The notes: generated by a model from the sequence alone, not told the origin. 64,000 bases of DNA from Deferribacterales bacterium (GCA_050251945.1 JBFWLW010000004.1:32001-96000); one strand, 5' to 3'. Positions 40,686-49,908 are shown, counted from the first letter of the stretch. Made by a program: numbers and translations.

Positions 40686-40919
40686 TTAAACTGCCTCAGC
40701 ATTCGGCACAAGTAAAAGTTTGATTGCCGGGTAATAGAAGCGAAGCACTTTCTTTTCCATGAAAAAATGCCTGTCCTGCTTTAGCTTGCCATCACGAATC
40801 CACTTTTCTATAGTGTCTTCGCTGATATCAAGCTCTGCCGCGAGCCGTGATTTACTCATAAAGTCCTTTTTGTCGGGCATGATGATTTTGTTAATGACTA
40901 CTGTATCTGTCTGGCTCAT
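40686..40919 (-). CDS. Excisionase-like HTH protein
   Basis: LAAELDISEDTIEKWIRDG; directly upstream of int. Confidence 0.75.
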   Translation of the reverse strand: MSQTDTVVINKIIMPDKKDFMSKSRLAAELDISEDTIEKWIRDGKLKQDRHFFMEKKVLRFYYPAIKLLLVPNAEAV

Positions 40920-41323
40920 TCATTCACCTTTAAAGATGGTTTGGGCGCACGCATCCATGCTATGACCTCGTATTTATCGCCAACATTAAATGTAGCTCTA
41001 TGGGTAGAATATTTTGCAAGCACCACGCCTCCGCATAAAGGCTTTCTTCCTGTTGAAGTACGAATGTAGCTGACAATATATTGGTCGTCGCCGCATGGCT
41101 CTTCATCACCAATATATGATGAAGACCACCCTTTTGAATTATCAAGAAAGTGTTCGGGATAATCCGCTTGTGCGATTATGCGGGTTCTATAGAATTCAAG
41201 CATGGTGCGGGGGTTTGCGTGGTCGATGCTCTTTGTTTTACCATCGCCATGCAGAACAGTGATGAGACAGTTTTTATTTCCCGTATCCGTTCCTGTTGGT
41301 TTGCGCCATATTATACCCATCAC
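40916..41323 (-). CDS. Hypothetical phage protein
   Basis: Overlapping start/stop with both neighbours; ends VIAWMRAPKP, a common phage motif. Confidence 0.7.
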   Translation of the reverse strand: MMGIIWRKPTGTDTGNKNCLITVLHGDGKTKSIDHANPRTMLEFYRTRIIAQADYPEHFLDNSKGWSSSYIGDEEPCGDDQYIVSYIRTSTGRKPLCGGVVLAKYSTHRATFNVGDKYEVIAWMRAPKPSLKVNE

Positions 41324-41859
41324 TCACCGCCTTGTTTTCTTCTTAGTGCGCTGAAAAGAAGACTTCTTTCAGCTCTCAGGTTCGCTTTGAAACGATTCAT
41401 AGGACTATCAACCCCATCAAGATAATTCTGTTTCGGGAAAATCACTCTTTCTATTTTTCTTTTTTGGTTAACATACAGTAAGCCCCACCCGTCCAAGATA
41501 TCTGTCAAATCTTCTTGTTTGATAATATCTTCTGGGCATAAAAAAGCTCTATATTGCCCCATCCCTTGTTCGGGATAGGCTCTGAATGTTTTCCTTTTAT
41601 CTGCAAGAAAGTCCGCTCTGCTTGTCTTGCATTCGATAAGAATGGAATAACCGAACTTTATCCCATAAATATCAGGTATCTCTCCAGTTTCGTTAAGGCA
41701 CACAAGCTCTTTTAAAACTATGCCACACCCGAATCCTTTTAGAAACTTTGCTCCAATATCTACAAGCATCTTGTGAGAAAATTCGAGCTTGCCCGATGTA
41801 GGGCATATATCCCTATACCCTAACAATGCTTCTGCTTGGTCGCATAACTGACACATCAC
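41320..41859 (-). CDS. Putative PD-(D/E)XK nuclease-fold protein (MmcB-like)
   Basis: GEIPD...LIECKTSRADFLAD, GWGLL. Confidence 0.6.
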   Translation of the reverse strand: MMCQLCDQAEALLGYRDICPTSGKLEFSHKMLVDIGAKFLKGFGCGIVLKELVCLNETGEIPDIYGIKFGYSILIECKTSRADFLADKRKTFRAYPEQGMGQYRAFLCPEDIIKQEDLTDILDGWGLLYVNQKRKIERVIFPKQNYLDGVDSPMNRFKANLRAERSLLFSALRRKQGGE

Positions 41860-42281
41860 TCACCGCCTTTGAGGGCTTTATCAATAGCTTTATGCGATTC
41901 ACTATCAAGGTCGTGCCCCTCAAAATCCCTCACGAACTCCAATGCCTCCCGCATCCGTGCGTTGTCAGCTCCGAGCTTGATTTTCTCTTCCTGTAAAGTA
42001 ATGTTATAATCAACAAACTCGCCTAACTCAGAATGTTCTATAATGTCGTTCAACTGAACCTTTTCCTCTTCCAGTTCCGCCAGCCGTGCTTTAAGCGCGG
42101 CGTTCTCGGTGGCGAGTGCGTCCTCGACGGGGCGATTATTGACAAGTTCTAAGGCTTGTTCCTCGGTATGAATATAATCACTGATGTAACTGCATTTAAA
42201 GCAATTAACCCACCAGTAATTGTTGTTTCGCTCAATTTTTAATTTACCCCCGCAAAATGGGCATGGTTTAAGCTCGCTCAT
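41856..42281 (-). CDS. Lar-family (restriction alleviation-like) Zn-finger protein with coiled coil
   Basis: MSELKPCPFCGG...CFKC. Confidence 0.7.
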   Translation of the reverse strand: MSELKPCPFCGGKLKIERNNNYWWVNCFKCSYISDYIHTEEQALELVNNRPVEDALATENAALKARLAELEEEKVQLNDIIEHSELGEFVDYNITLQEEKIKLGADNARMREALEFVRDFEGHDLDSESHKAIDKALKGGE

Positions 42282-42466
42282 TTCGCACCTCCTGAGATTA
42301 TAAAACCCATGCTTAATATGCCTCCAAGAAAAGCTATAAATCCTATAATAAAAGAAATCCTCTTATGCCTGTAGTCGAACGGAGGATTATGAGGATCGAT
42401 AAAACGCCCATTATAATATATACGGGGTGTCGGTGGTGTTGGGTGCTGTTCTGTGTTTTTGCTCAT
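42278..42466 (-). CDS. Small membrane protein
   Basis: C-terminal hydrophobic helix; coupled to neighbours. Confidence 0.6.
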   Translation of the reverse strand: MSKNTEQHPTPPTPRIYYNGRFIDPHNPPFDYRHKRISFIIGFIAFLGGILSMGFIISGGAK

Positions 42467-42618
42467 TTCGCACCGTCCATGATTCCGAATTTTTCTTTCA
42501 GGAATTTAGTTACCGATTCAAATGTGTTAAATACTGAACCCTGAAGACCATAGCTGACGACAAAGCAATTAGACGCAGGAAAGTACCTGACTGTTATTTC
42601 AATATCCTCTCTACTCAT
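42463..42618 (-). CDS. 51-aa hypothetical protein (absent from the ORF track)
   Basis: Manual translation MSREDIEITV...MDGAK; fills the gap with ATGA overlap and upstream GGAGG. Confidence 0.6.
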   Translation of the reverse strand: MSREDIEITVRYFPASNCFVVSYGLQGSVFNTFESVTKFLKEKFGIMDGAK

Positions 42619-43144
42619 CCCCGTCCTCCGTGGTATGCGCTCTTTTCACACGTTCTATCGCCGCAATGGCGAGAGCGGCAATCTGTGTCATACGGCGGCA
42701 ATATTCGTCATGGTCCATGCTTTCTACACCGACTAAATTGTATGCTTTTTTATTGTAAAGATTTATGATTTCGCAAAAATCATCACAAGAGTGTTCATCG
42801 TCGTGGCTGTCTCCCCATTTTTCCCGCTGATGCTCACGTTCTTGTAATATTGCAGTAACGATTTCTTCATTTTCGATAAACGCTTTGATGTTTGGTTTAA
42901 ACTCAAGACATTTTTCGTTAAGGTCGAAAGCGTTTCTGAACATCGTTTCGTAGCCAAGAATGATTCCGTGAAATATCCCATCAACTATCCTGTTGTTCTT
43001 GTGCATAAAGTTTATAAAGTCATCAGCAACCAGCTTTCTATCGTCTGCTGACGCACGCTTAAACCTCATTGCGTGATTATTCAACGAGTGAATAACGTTT
43101 GATGCTTTAATCAAATCTTTTTCTTTAATTGCTACAATCTTCAT
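42611..43144 (-). CDS. Phage protein with a possible MazG-like (all-alpha NTP-PPase) C-terminal domain
   Basis: ILQEREHQREKWG...QIAALAIAAIE pattern. Confidence 0.5.
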   Translation of the reverse strand: MKIVAIKEKDLIKASNVIHSLNNHAMRFKRASADDRKLVADDFINFMHKNNRIVDGIFHGIILGYETMFRNAFDLNEKCLEFKPNIKAFIENEEIVTAILQEREHQREKWGDSHDDEHSCDDFCEIINLYNKKAYNLVGVESMDHDEYCRRMTQIAALAIAAIERVKRAHTTEDGDE

Positions 43145-44018
43145 CGTCTATGCCCTCTTTTTCATTCGCCGCCTCGATGTCGTCAAGATGCAATTGGTAT
43201 GCTTCGTAAAGCGTTGCCTTCGCCTCGTCCGGTGCAATATGGGTTCCCGCTATGACTATCTCTGCCTTATGGCGCACCCTTGCGGCTATCAGGTCGATTT
43301 CTTCGGTTGCCTGCTCTTCAAAGCTCTTGCCAGATACTTTGAGTTTGCCTGCGAAGTTTTCCTCAAGCACAGCCTTTAAAAAGTCCCTCACTGCGTCTTT
43401 GTGCAGACTGCCTTTGCCGTGTCCCATAGAAACGGATATATCAATTTTCAGCCCCGAAAGAGTTTCCAGCATCTTGAAGTTTTCGCCGATCTCGCTGTTG
43501 AGAATGTTACCGACAAAATCAGCCGCCGGTGCTTCGATAGAGAGGTTGACCTTGCGGAATATCTCCCAATTCAAGACCTGCGTGTATGCGTCATAGCGAT
43601 AAAGCGGGTGTGTGCCTGCCGATGCGTCCCCGGAAAGCCAGCGCACAAAGTCCGAAAAGTTCGACGCTCTGCCGCCGAGCGTCAGGATGCACCCGTTTTC
43701 TGTGTCGATAAGCCCATAGCTGACATCACCGAGGGAATCGGGCGATTCGACAGCCTCTTGAATTTCGCCTTCTCGGTTGAAGCGGACGGGAAGAAATATC
43801 TTTTCCTTAACGATGCCTACAAGATGGAGCGTTCTGTCTGAAAGTTTGATAGGTTCGTAAACTTTAAACATGAGTTCACAGCCTTTTCCATCAAAAAAGC
43901 CATAGTCCATGCCGCCTGACGACAGCATTTCCAGTTTGAAATCCATATCCTGATAAAAGGTGTCCACTGCGGATTCCAGTTTGTAAAAGTTGATTGTTAC
44001 GTTTTTGCGTTCTGCCAT
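43125..44018 (-). CDS. Hypothetical protein (297 aa)
   Basis: Long acidic ORF with RBS, coupled to neighbours; family not firmly recognised. Confidence 0.75.
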   Translation of the reverse strand: MAERKNVTINFYKLESAVDTFYQDMDFKLEMLSSGGMDYGFFDGKGCELMFKVYEPIKLSDRTLHLVGIVKEKIFLPVRFNREGEIQEAVESPDSLGDVSYGLIDTENGCILTLGGRASNFSDFVRWLSGDASAGTHPLYRYDAYTQVLNWEIFRKVNLSIEAPAADFVGNILNSEIGENFKMLETLSGLKIDISVSMGHGKGSLHKDAVRDFLKAVLEENFAGKLKVSGKSFEEQATEEIDLIAARVRHKAEIVIAGTHIAPDEAKATLYEAYQLHLDDIEAANEKEGIDDEDCSN

Positions 44019-44400
44019 TTAAGCACCTTTCTTTGTTTTTTTATTTCCGAGGTCGTCCTCAACAGGCGGCGTCCATGTATTTTGAAAATACACACGAACT
44101 TGTTCTATCTTGTCGTTTGATACCCCCCCCCTGCTGGAGATGTTCAAAGTTTTTCCAGTATTTTTCAGGGAGCGGTTCACAGTAACCTGAACAGCTTCCC
44201 CATCCTCGAATAAGTCCTGCCCTTGTAAAAGAGGGCATTCTTTGAAAGATGGCAAGCCCCTCATATCCGGCTCTTTTTGTCCATGCCACATAAGCCAAAT
44301 GCCCCTGTTCAGGCTTAGGTCTGCCGAGCTTCATGTCAACGTAGCCATAGGGCTGATTCGGGATCGTTATCTGTTTAAGTTCTTCTGCTACTTCTGCCAT
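44019..44400 (-). pseudogene. Hypothetical gene apparently frameshifted at a G9 tract
   Basis: AGGAG-ATG at 44400; the stop abutting the next ATG (44019) is in the +1 frame; C9 run at 44123-44131. Confidence 0.5.
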
Positions 44401-44404
44401 GTCG

Positions 44405-44938
44405 TTACTCCTGTATGATGTAATATCGTGTGTTTCTTGTTTGGATGATTGAATCTTTAATGCTAATGACAATGCTTGTGCGCGCATATGCTCCATCTTC
44501 AGCTCTTCTTTTCCTGTCGGAATATATACGCCCTTCGGCTTTTTGTCCTACCGTTGGGAAGTCTGAAACAACGAGTATTGCGTCATAATGTGCGTCTTTA
44601 AGACAATCAATATTGCTCTTTTCCGAATCGTTATGGGAAGCATTAAGAGCCTTTTTAAGTTCCACTATTTCTTGCTCAAGCTCGGCATAAAGCGGTCTCC
44701 TTACTTTGCCGGAGCGGTAAAACCGCGGTGATTTCTTTTCTGGGACAGGCTTTATGTATTCAAAAAGGTTTCCATTGCGTATCATAGCCGCTATCACCGT
44801 CCCCTGCATGTTGAGAACTACGGCAGCAGGCTTGATTATCCCATTGTTAAAAACTACCGCTCTTTTCTGTTCAGCAAGTTCCGCAAGTCTCTCAAGAGAG
44901 GTTACTTTTGGTTTTTCGTGTTTCATTATGTTTGTCAT
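44405..44938 (-). CDS. Hypothetical phage protein
   Basis: ORF in the early-left operon; start uncertain. Confidence 0.65.
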   Translation of the reverse strand: MTNIMKHEKPKVTSLERLAELAEQKRAVVFNNGIIKPAAVVLNMQGTVIAAMIRNGNLFEYIKPVPEKKSPRFYRSGKVRRPLYAELEQEIVELKKALNASHNDSEKSNIDCLKDAHYDAILVVSDFPTVGQKAEGRIYSDRKRRAEDGAYARTSIVISIKDSIIQTRNTRYYIIQE

Positions 44939-44990
44939 AGAACCCTCGTATTTTCCTGCGTCTTCCCCCGCCCCAGAACGAGGCGGGAGG

Positions 44991-45284
44991 CTATTCAAAC
45001 GAAACTAAAAGATCAGTCAGTGCGTTATTCATTGACTTGATGCGTGAAAAATATGCGTCATATTGAGCAAGTTTGCGGCGAACCTTACCTTCATTCTCTT
45101 CAGCTTCTGCTCTCATCCTGCGGGCATATGCGAGATCAGATTCAAGAGCGGAACAATAATCACACTTTTCATGCTCAGTTTTTTCACTTTTTTCCTGTAA
45201 ATACTGCAAAACGATTTCATCGATTTGTTCCTTGATGTAATTTGCAACATTTTCATCTGGGACCACTATATTAATAGTAACCAT
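44991..45284 (-). CDS. Hypothetical phage protein (coiled coil)
   Basis: GGAGG RBS, 97 aa. Confidence 0.7.
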   Translation of the reverse strand: MVTINIVVPDENVANYIKEQIDEIVLQYLQEKSEKTEHEKCDYCSALESDLAYARRMRAEAEENEGKVRRKLAQYDAYFSRIKSMNNALTDLLVSFE

Positions 45285-45292
45285 AAATCCTC

Positions 45293-45970
45293 CTATAATA
45301 TGTAAACGGGTATTCCGGTTTCGTCCTCTACAGTCCGCTGAAACAGCGGAGCATCGGAATTGCCAGCCGAGAGATGCAGTAGATGTATTTCTTTCACTCT
45401 CGACATGTCGTTTGCCTTGAGCAATTCAAGGCATGTTTCAAGGCTCATGTGTGTTTCCATCAGCCTTTTCCTGCGTGCCGGCTCAAGCTCGGTTATAAGT
45501 TCAAGGCTGTGGTTACACTCAACAGCAACCATTGTCAGACCTTTGAATCGATATTTGATGTAGTGCGTATCTGTTGCAAACATCAGTTTATCTATTCCGT
45601 CTGTTATAAGGAATCCGAGCGGTTCTTTGCAGTCATGCTCCACCGCAAAAGGCAATACAGTGAAGCATCCGACACGAAACTGATTTCCGGCTGTGACTAT
45701 ATTAAGTCTATGTCCAGAAAGTCCGAGCGCAGCCGCCGTTCCAGCAGAAGTATAAAGCTCTACGCCAGCCTTCATGATTTCTTTACACGCTTTCGCATGG
45801 TCTTGGTGTTCGTGGGTAACGAGACAGCCCGAGATTCCCGACAAGCTGAAATCAAGATGCTTCTTGATGCTCGCTATGGATAATCCCGCTTCAATCATGA
45901 TTTTTGTTGTTTGGCTCTGTACGGTGTAAAGATTACCCGCAGAAGAGCTGGCGTATTGCTTAAATGTCAT
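45293..45970 (-). CDS. MBL-fold metallo-hydrolase (phage recombination module)
   Basis: SSSAGN, THEHQDH, EHD, ATDT, LLHLS. Confidence 0.88.
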   Translation of the reverse strand: MTFKQYASSSAGNLYTVQSQTTKIMIEAGLSIASIKKHLDFSLSGISGCLVTHEHQDHAKACKEIMKAGVELYTSAGTAAALGLSGHRLNIVTAGNQFRVGCFTVLPFAVEHDCKEPLGFLITDGIDKLMFATDTHYIKYRFKGLTMVAVECNHSLELITELEPARRKRLMETHMSLETCLELLKANDMSRVKEIHLLHLSAGNSDAPLFQRTVEDETGIPVYIL

Positions 45971-46809
45971 CAGTAGGGGTCTTCCTCTGTGTTGTTTTCA
46001 GGAATAACTGTTCCGTCGATTACTGTTTGTACATCGTCTGAACCGTGTTTGATGGGGGAGGTTTCCTGAATATCGATAACGTCAGACTTATTGGCTTTTT
46101 GCCGAGACTCAGCGTAAGGATCATTCACATAGTCGCTGTCACCTGCGAAGGCATTAGCCATCTCAATGCTCATTGGTGCATATTTTGAGAACAAAGCCCT
46201 GATGGGCGTTTTCAGAGCCATACTGTCGAAGTCGGTTTTCCATGCCGAACTTGCAAATTTATAGCTGGGAGAGTATTTTTCTGCATGAGCAATTACGTCT
46301 TCTCTTGTCATGTAAAGGCATTTTTCAAATCCATTCAGGAGTTGAAAATATGCGAAATATCCAGCGATATTGTCACTCTTTTTCTGTCCCGAAAGGTCAA
46401 CCTCCCCCGTCAGTTTGAATGTTCTCGAAAGCTCGCCTTCGTAAACGACATCGGCATTTATAAAGCGGTAAAGACCTGTCCTTTGGGCAAGTTGAATATA
46501 TCCTCTGTAGCCCATGATAAATGTGGGAACCTTTTTATACGCAACGACATAAGCGAATCCGAGCGATTTTTCTATCGGGAGACCAAGCACCGCGGCTTTC
46601 ATACCCTCTTTGATAACATCTCCAGGCTCACACTCCTGAAGGTATTTGTCGTTAGAAAACAGATTCAGAAGAGATGTAGCGAACAGGGCGGATTTTTCGC
46701 CAAGTGCTTTTCTGAACTCGTCCTTTACAGAATCGGCATCGAGAATCATCTTGAATTTTTTGGTTATCGCGTTTGCAGTCGGTGTTTCTGCTATTACTGT
46801 TCCTGCCAT
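45970..46809 (-). CDS. recT: RecT-family single-strand annealing protein
   Basis: LGFAYVVAY, MGYRGYIQLAQRTG, WKTDFDSMALKT. Confidence 0.9.
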   Translation of the reverse strand: MAGTVIAETPTANAITKKFKMILDADSVKDEFRKALGEKSALFATSLLNLFSNDKYLQECEPGDVIKEGMKAAVLGLPIEKSLGFAYVVAYKKVPTFIMGYRGYIQLAQRTGLYRFINADVVYEGELSRTFKLTGEVDLSGQKKSDNIAGYFAYFQLLNGFEKCLYMTREDVIAHAEKYSPSYKFASSAWKTDFDSMALKTPIRALFSKYAPMSIEMANAFAGDSDYVNDPYAESRQKANKSDVIDIQETSPIKHGSDDVQTVIDGTVIPENNTEEDPY

Positions 46810-48665
46810 TATGCCACCTCCAGTGTTTTTGCGTTTGCGTCAACAATCAGCTTTACGAGCTGGGTGTCTATTTCGATGAATCTTGTCACGGCTTCGGAGT
46901 TATCAATAAACACCGGAGCTTGCATTTTGTAGTGTTTTGAAAGTGTGTCTACGATATCCAGCCCGACGTTAATTTCTGCGCCACGGTTAAGCCCGTAACC
47001 GTAAGGAACGCCGTCAAACAGGGTGACGCAGACCTCATTGATACCGCCGTTGACCTGTTGCTCAAAAAGTTTGAAACGTGCGTATTTGAATTTCTCGTTG
47101 ATGCGTTTTTCCAGCATGGAGACTTTTGTTACAACGAACCTGTCTATAAGGAAGAGCGTTTTATCAGTCTTTTCGAGCATAGCCGCGAGTTCCCTTTCTC
47201 TGCTGCGGAGATCGTCAATTTGCACAAGAACCTTGTCTCTGTGCTTTGCGTTCGCGATTTTCTCGTTGACTGCTTTAATCTCTCTTTCCATTTCGGAGGT
47301 ATCAGCGGGTTTGTTTGCCGCAATTTCTGCGTCAAGTTCGGCAAGTCCCGCTTTGATGGCTTCAAGACGTGCGGGCTTGGCAGGAAGCGTAACATTCTCC
47401 AGCGCCGCCTTGGCTTCGTCGGCACTCTTAGTCAGTCTTTCGATTTCTGCGTCAAGTTCGGCAAGTTCCGCTTTGATGGCTTCGCTCTCAGTGATTAATA
47501 GGTCTAGCTCCGCTTTAACAGCTTTCCCGTTTTCAGCATTTGCCTCAAGACCTGCGTTCATTTTGCGCAGGACTTCGGCTTTTGTGGCATTGATTTTATC
47601 TTCTGGTAGAACCTGCCCGCAAGTCGGGCAATCCGTGTCAACAGTGACAGGCTCTTTCAGTTTTTGACGCTCCGCGCGGAGATTTTCGAGTTTTGCCTGT
47701 TTTTCAGAAACCCTTTGCTCGGCAGTCGCAAGTTTTCTTGAAATATCGCTTCTTTTTGATGTGGCGGCATTAACGAGGTTGCGGGCGTTGCCGACAGCCG
47801 TCTGCGCGGCATCTTTTGTCTTTGTGCAGTTGCGTTCATGCTCATACATGAGTTTATCGATTTCGTGCGAAAGTTCTGTTTTTTGGGCGACAAGCTCCGA
47901 AATTCCGCCTGTTGCTTTTGCTGCCTCGATGCGGTTTTCAAGGTTTTCTGCCTCTTTTTTCAGATTAGGAATAGAGTAGTCGCGGTATTCAACAATAGAC
48001 GCTGAAAGTGAATCTATGCGCGCTGGTATTTGCTCTATTTCGTCGTTTGCTTTTTTTCTGTCTGCAAGAAGGACTTTCTTTTCATCATCAAGTTTGCGCT
48101 CAACCCCAGCAAGAGTTGCAAGTTCGGGATTAGAAGCTATTACCTCCGCGTCCGAAAGGTCGCCGACAACTTCCATAAGAATGTCGCGACGCGCGGTCCA
48201 GTGCAGAGCATTGAACGCGGTAACGGATGTGATAAGCCCAAATTTCTTCGTGTCTATGCGCTCGTCCAGCCATTTCTGAAACTCAGTCTGGTTGTGCGGT
48301 ACGCCGTCGATAGTATAGTTAGTTTCATGTCCTTTCATCTCTGACACGCTTGAACCGCGTTGCTTGACCCATTTCTCGATCATGGTGCGGGTAAGCGTGA
48401 CGGGTGAACCGTCAATGTCCAGAACAGCTTCAATAGAGTGTTCGAGACCGTGGACTATTTTTCCGTCTTCCAGCCTTTTTATCTGGAAATCAGCTTTGCC
48501 GTTACTATCCTTCCCAAACAGGAGCCATGAAAAAGCATCCACTATGGTTGTTTTTCCAGTTGCGTTGTCTCCGTGTATCTCGGTGACATTGTCATTGAAC
48601 GTCAGTGAAAGACTGCGGATGCCTTTAAAGTTCCGCATTGAAAGAGACTTGAGAATTATTCTCAT
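46809..48665 (-). CDS. SMC/Rad50-like coiled-coil ATPase
   Basis: NFKGI, GDNATGKTT Walker A, CPTC hook, PVFIDNSE Walker B. Confidence 0.88.
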   Translation of the reverse strand: MRIILKSLSMRNFKGIRSLSLTFNDNVTEIHGDNATGKTTIVDAFSWLLFGKDSNGKADFQIKRLEDGKIVHGLEHSIEAVLDIDGSPVTLTRTMIEKWVKQRGSSVSEMKGHETNYTIDGVPHNQTEFQKWLDERIDTKKFGLITSVTAFNALHWTARRDILMEVVGDLSDAEVIASNPELATLAGVERKLDDEKKVLLADRKKANDEIEQIPARIDSLSASIVEYRDYSIPNLKKEAENLENRIEAAKATGGISELVAQKTELSHEIDKLMYEHERNCTKTKDAAQTAVGNARNLVNAATSKRSDISRKLATAEQRVSEKQAKLENLRAERQKLKEPVTVDTDCPTCGQVLPEDKINATKAEVLRKMNAGLEANAENGKAVKAELDLLITESEAIKAELAELDAEIERLTKSADEAKAALENVTLPAKPARLEAIKAGLAELDAEIAANKPADTSEMEREIKAVNEKIANAKHRDKVLVQIDDLRSRERELAAMLEKTDKTLFLIDRFVVTKVSMLEKRINEKFKYARFKLFEQQVNGGINEVCVTLFDGVPYGYGLNRGAEINVGLDIVDTLSKHYKMQAPVFIDNSEAVTRFIEIDTQLVKLIVDANAKTLEVA

Positions 48666-48694
48666 ATATAATTTACCTCCTTAATATAAACATA

Positions 48695-48767
48695 TGCGGG
48701 TAGGGGGATTTGAACCCGCGACCTCCTGTTCCCAAAACAGGCGCGCTACCAACTGCGCTATACCCAC
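48695..48767 (-). tRNA. Phage-encoded tRNA-Pro(TGG)
   Basis: GTGGGTA/TACCCGC-A acceptor, GCGC D-stem, loop TTTGGGA, TTCAAAT; one C-C mismatch in the T-stem. Confidence 0.85.
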
Positions 48768-48770
48768 TTT

Positions 48771-48897
48771 CTACAGAGAGCCGACCAAAGGAATCGAACC
48801 TTGAAAGAACCTAGTAGCTGGCTCGCATGCGGTTATTCCGTACCAGCGTGTTCTTTTTCCACTCGCCATTACGTTGATGGCTTTCGGCTCTCTATAG
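48771..48897 (-). ncRNA. Putative tRNA-like structured RNA
   Basis: 14-bp closing stem, GCCAT/ATGGC hairpin, long nested central arm, T-arm AAGG-TTCGATT-CCTT. Confidence 0.55.
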
Positions 48898-49058
48898 AGG
48901 GGCGGTTCAGGTTTCCGCCCCAAAACTTCTTAAAAACAAGTGGCTTTATCTTACTTTTCTGATTAATTTTATTACTACCCGTCGCCGGGGCATGGTCGGG
49001 TGATGAAGCCGCCATAGTTGCCGTGGTCTGCTAAACCGTTAAGCCGTCACCTCCTGCT

Positions 49059-49244
49059 TTATATGAACTCTACGTCGCCGTATGTTTTCTTTGCCCATGT
49101 CTGAAAGTCTTCCGTAACTTCACCCTTCGCCTTCAGCGTCGCATGATGGAGTAGGTTCGGCAGAAGCATCACGCAACGACCGTCAGCCGTGTTTGTCAAC
49201 GGTTTCTGCTTTTTTCGGAGAAACCGTATTATCTGTTTCAGCAT
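49059..49244 (-). CDS. Hypothetical phage protein
   Basis: GGAGG RBS before ATG at 49244. Confidence 0.6.
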   Translation of the reverse strand: MLKQIIRFLRKKQKPLTNTADGRCVMLLPNLLHHATLKAKGEVTEDFQTWAKKTYGDVEFI

Positions 49245-49531
49245 TTTTAGCCTCCAACTTTGAAAGTCCTCTATCGGATACGAGATGTGATTCGTTCGCA
49301 AAATCAATCAGTTCCGCGTATCGCACCTTGTCTGTAGCTATCGAAATTAAGTGGTAAAGCACCTGCTTTTCGATTCTTTCATCTATACGCATCTTGAGGC
49401 TGCCGCACCAAAGAGGTATTGAAGCGAAATCAAGGTCTGCGCCGCTCAGGTCTGCGCCGCTCGCCGTCATCTTCATCTTCAAGCCACTTTTCGTGGTCGT
49501 CCAAAATCTTTCTTATTTCTTCAGGTGTCAT
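49183..49531 (-). pseudogene. Pentapeptide-repeat protein, frameshifted
   Basis: N-terminus MTPEEIRKILDDHEKWLEDEDDGER is out of frame with SGADLSGADLDFASIPLWCGS. Confidence 0.7.
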
Positions 49532-49644
49532 ACCGCCTCCTCATATTCTCTGAACTGGCTTCCGTGCGTACATCGTCCGCAAGCGCCGTTGTTGCACTGT
49601 TCGCAGTGCTGACACTGCTGTTTGATTGGTGTGTGGAGTTTCAT
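49528..49644 (-). CDS. 38-aa Cys-rich protein (absent from the ORF track)
   Basis: MKLHTPIKQQCQHCEQCNNGACGRCTHGSQFREYEEAV; ATGA overlaps on both sides, GGAGG RBS. Confidence 0.6.
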   Translation of the reverse strand: MKLHTPIKQQCQHCEQCNNGACGRCTHGSQFREYEEAV

Positions 49645-49838
49645 GCGCCTACCTCCTCTTTCGGCTGAATCTTGTGTCCTATGGAAACGCAAACCCAACA
49701 CCTTGAGGTATGTGGGAGGCTTTTCTGAAACTCAGCAGACTCGACAGCTTTTGCCTGAGTGAACATTTTTTCTTGTTTCAAATGCTCTACTTCTTTCTTA
49801 GTCAGGTCTTTTGCCCATGTCGGGAGTTTTGCTCTCAT
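49641..49838 (-). CDS. Hypothetical protein, first gene after the leftward promoter
   Basis: GGAGGA RBS, ATG at 49838. Confidence 0.7.
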   Translation of the reverse strand: MRAKLPTWAKDLTKKEVEHLKQEKMFTQAKAVESAEFQKSLPHTSRCWVCVSIGHKIQPKEEVGA

Positions 49839-49856
49839 ATCGTCCTCCATGATGGG

Positions 49857-49908
49857 ATGATATAACATTACTGTTAGTCTGTCAACAGTAAATCTAACAG
49901 AAATGTTA
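49857..49908 (-). promoter_or_regulatory. Leftward early promoter (PL-like) with two operators
   Basis: TTGACA-17 bp-TATCAT; TAACA-N4-TGTTA palindromes at 49863 and 49895. Confidence 0.85.

Noticed and set aside
47323..47483. 41-bp near-perfect repeat inside the SMC-like ATPase as a third gene-end element
   Set aside because: It is in frame (120-bp period, EAIKA(E/G)LAELDAEI) within a coiled coil and has no hairpin insert; an ordinary internal duplication.
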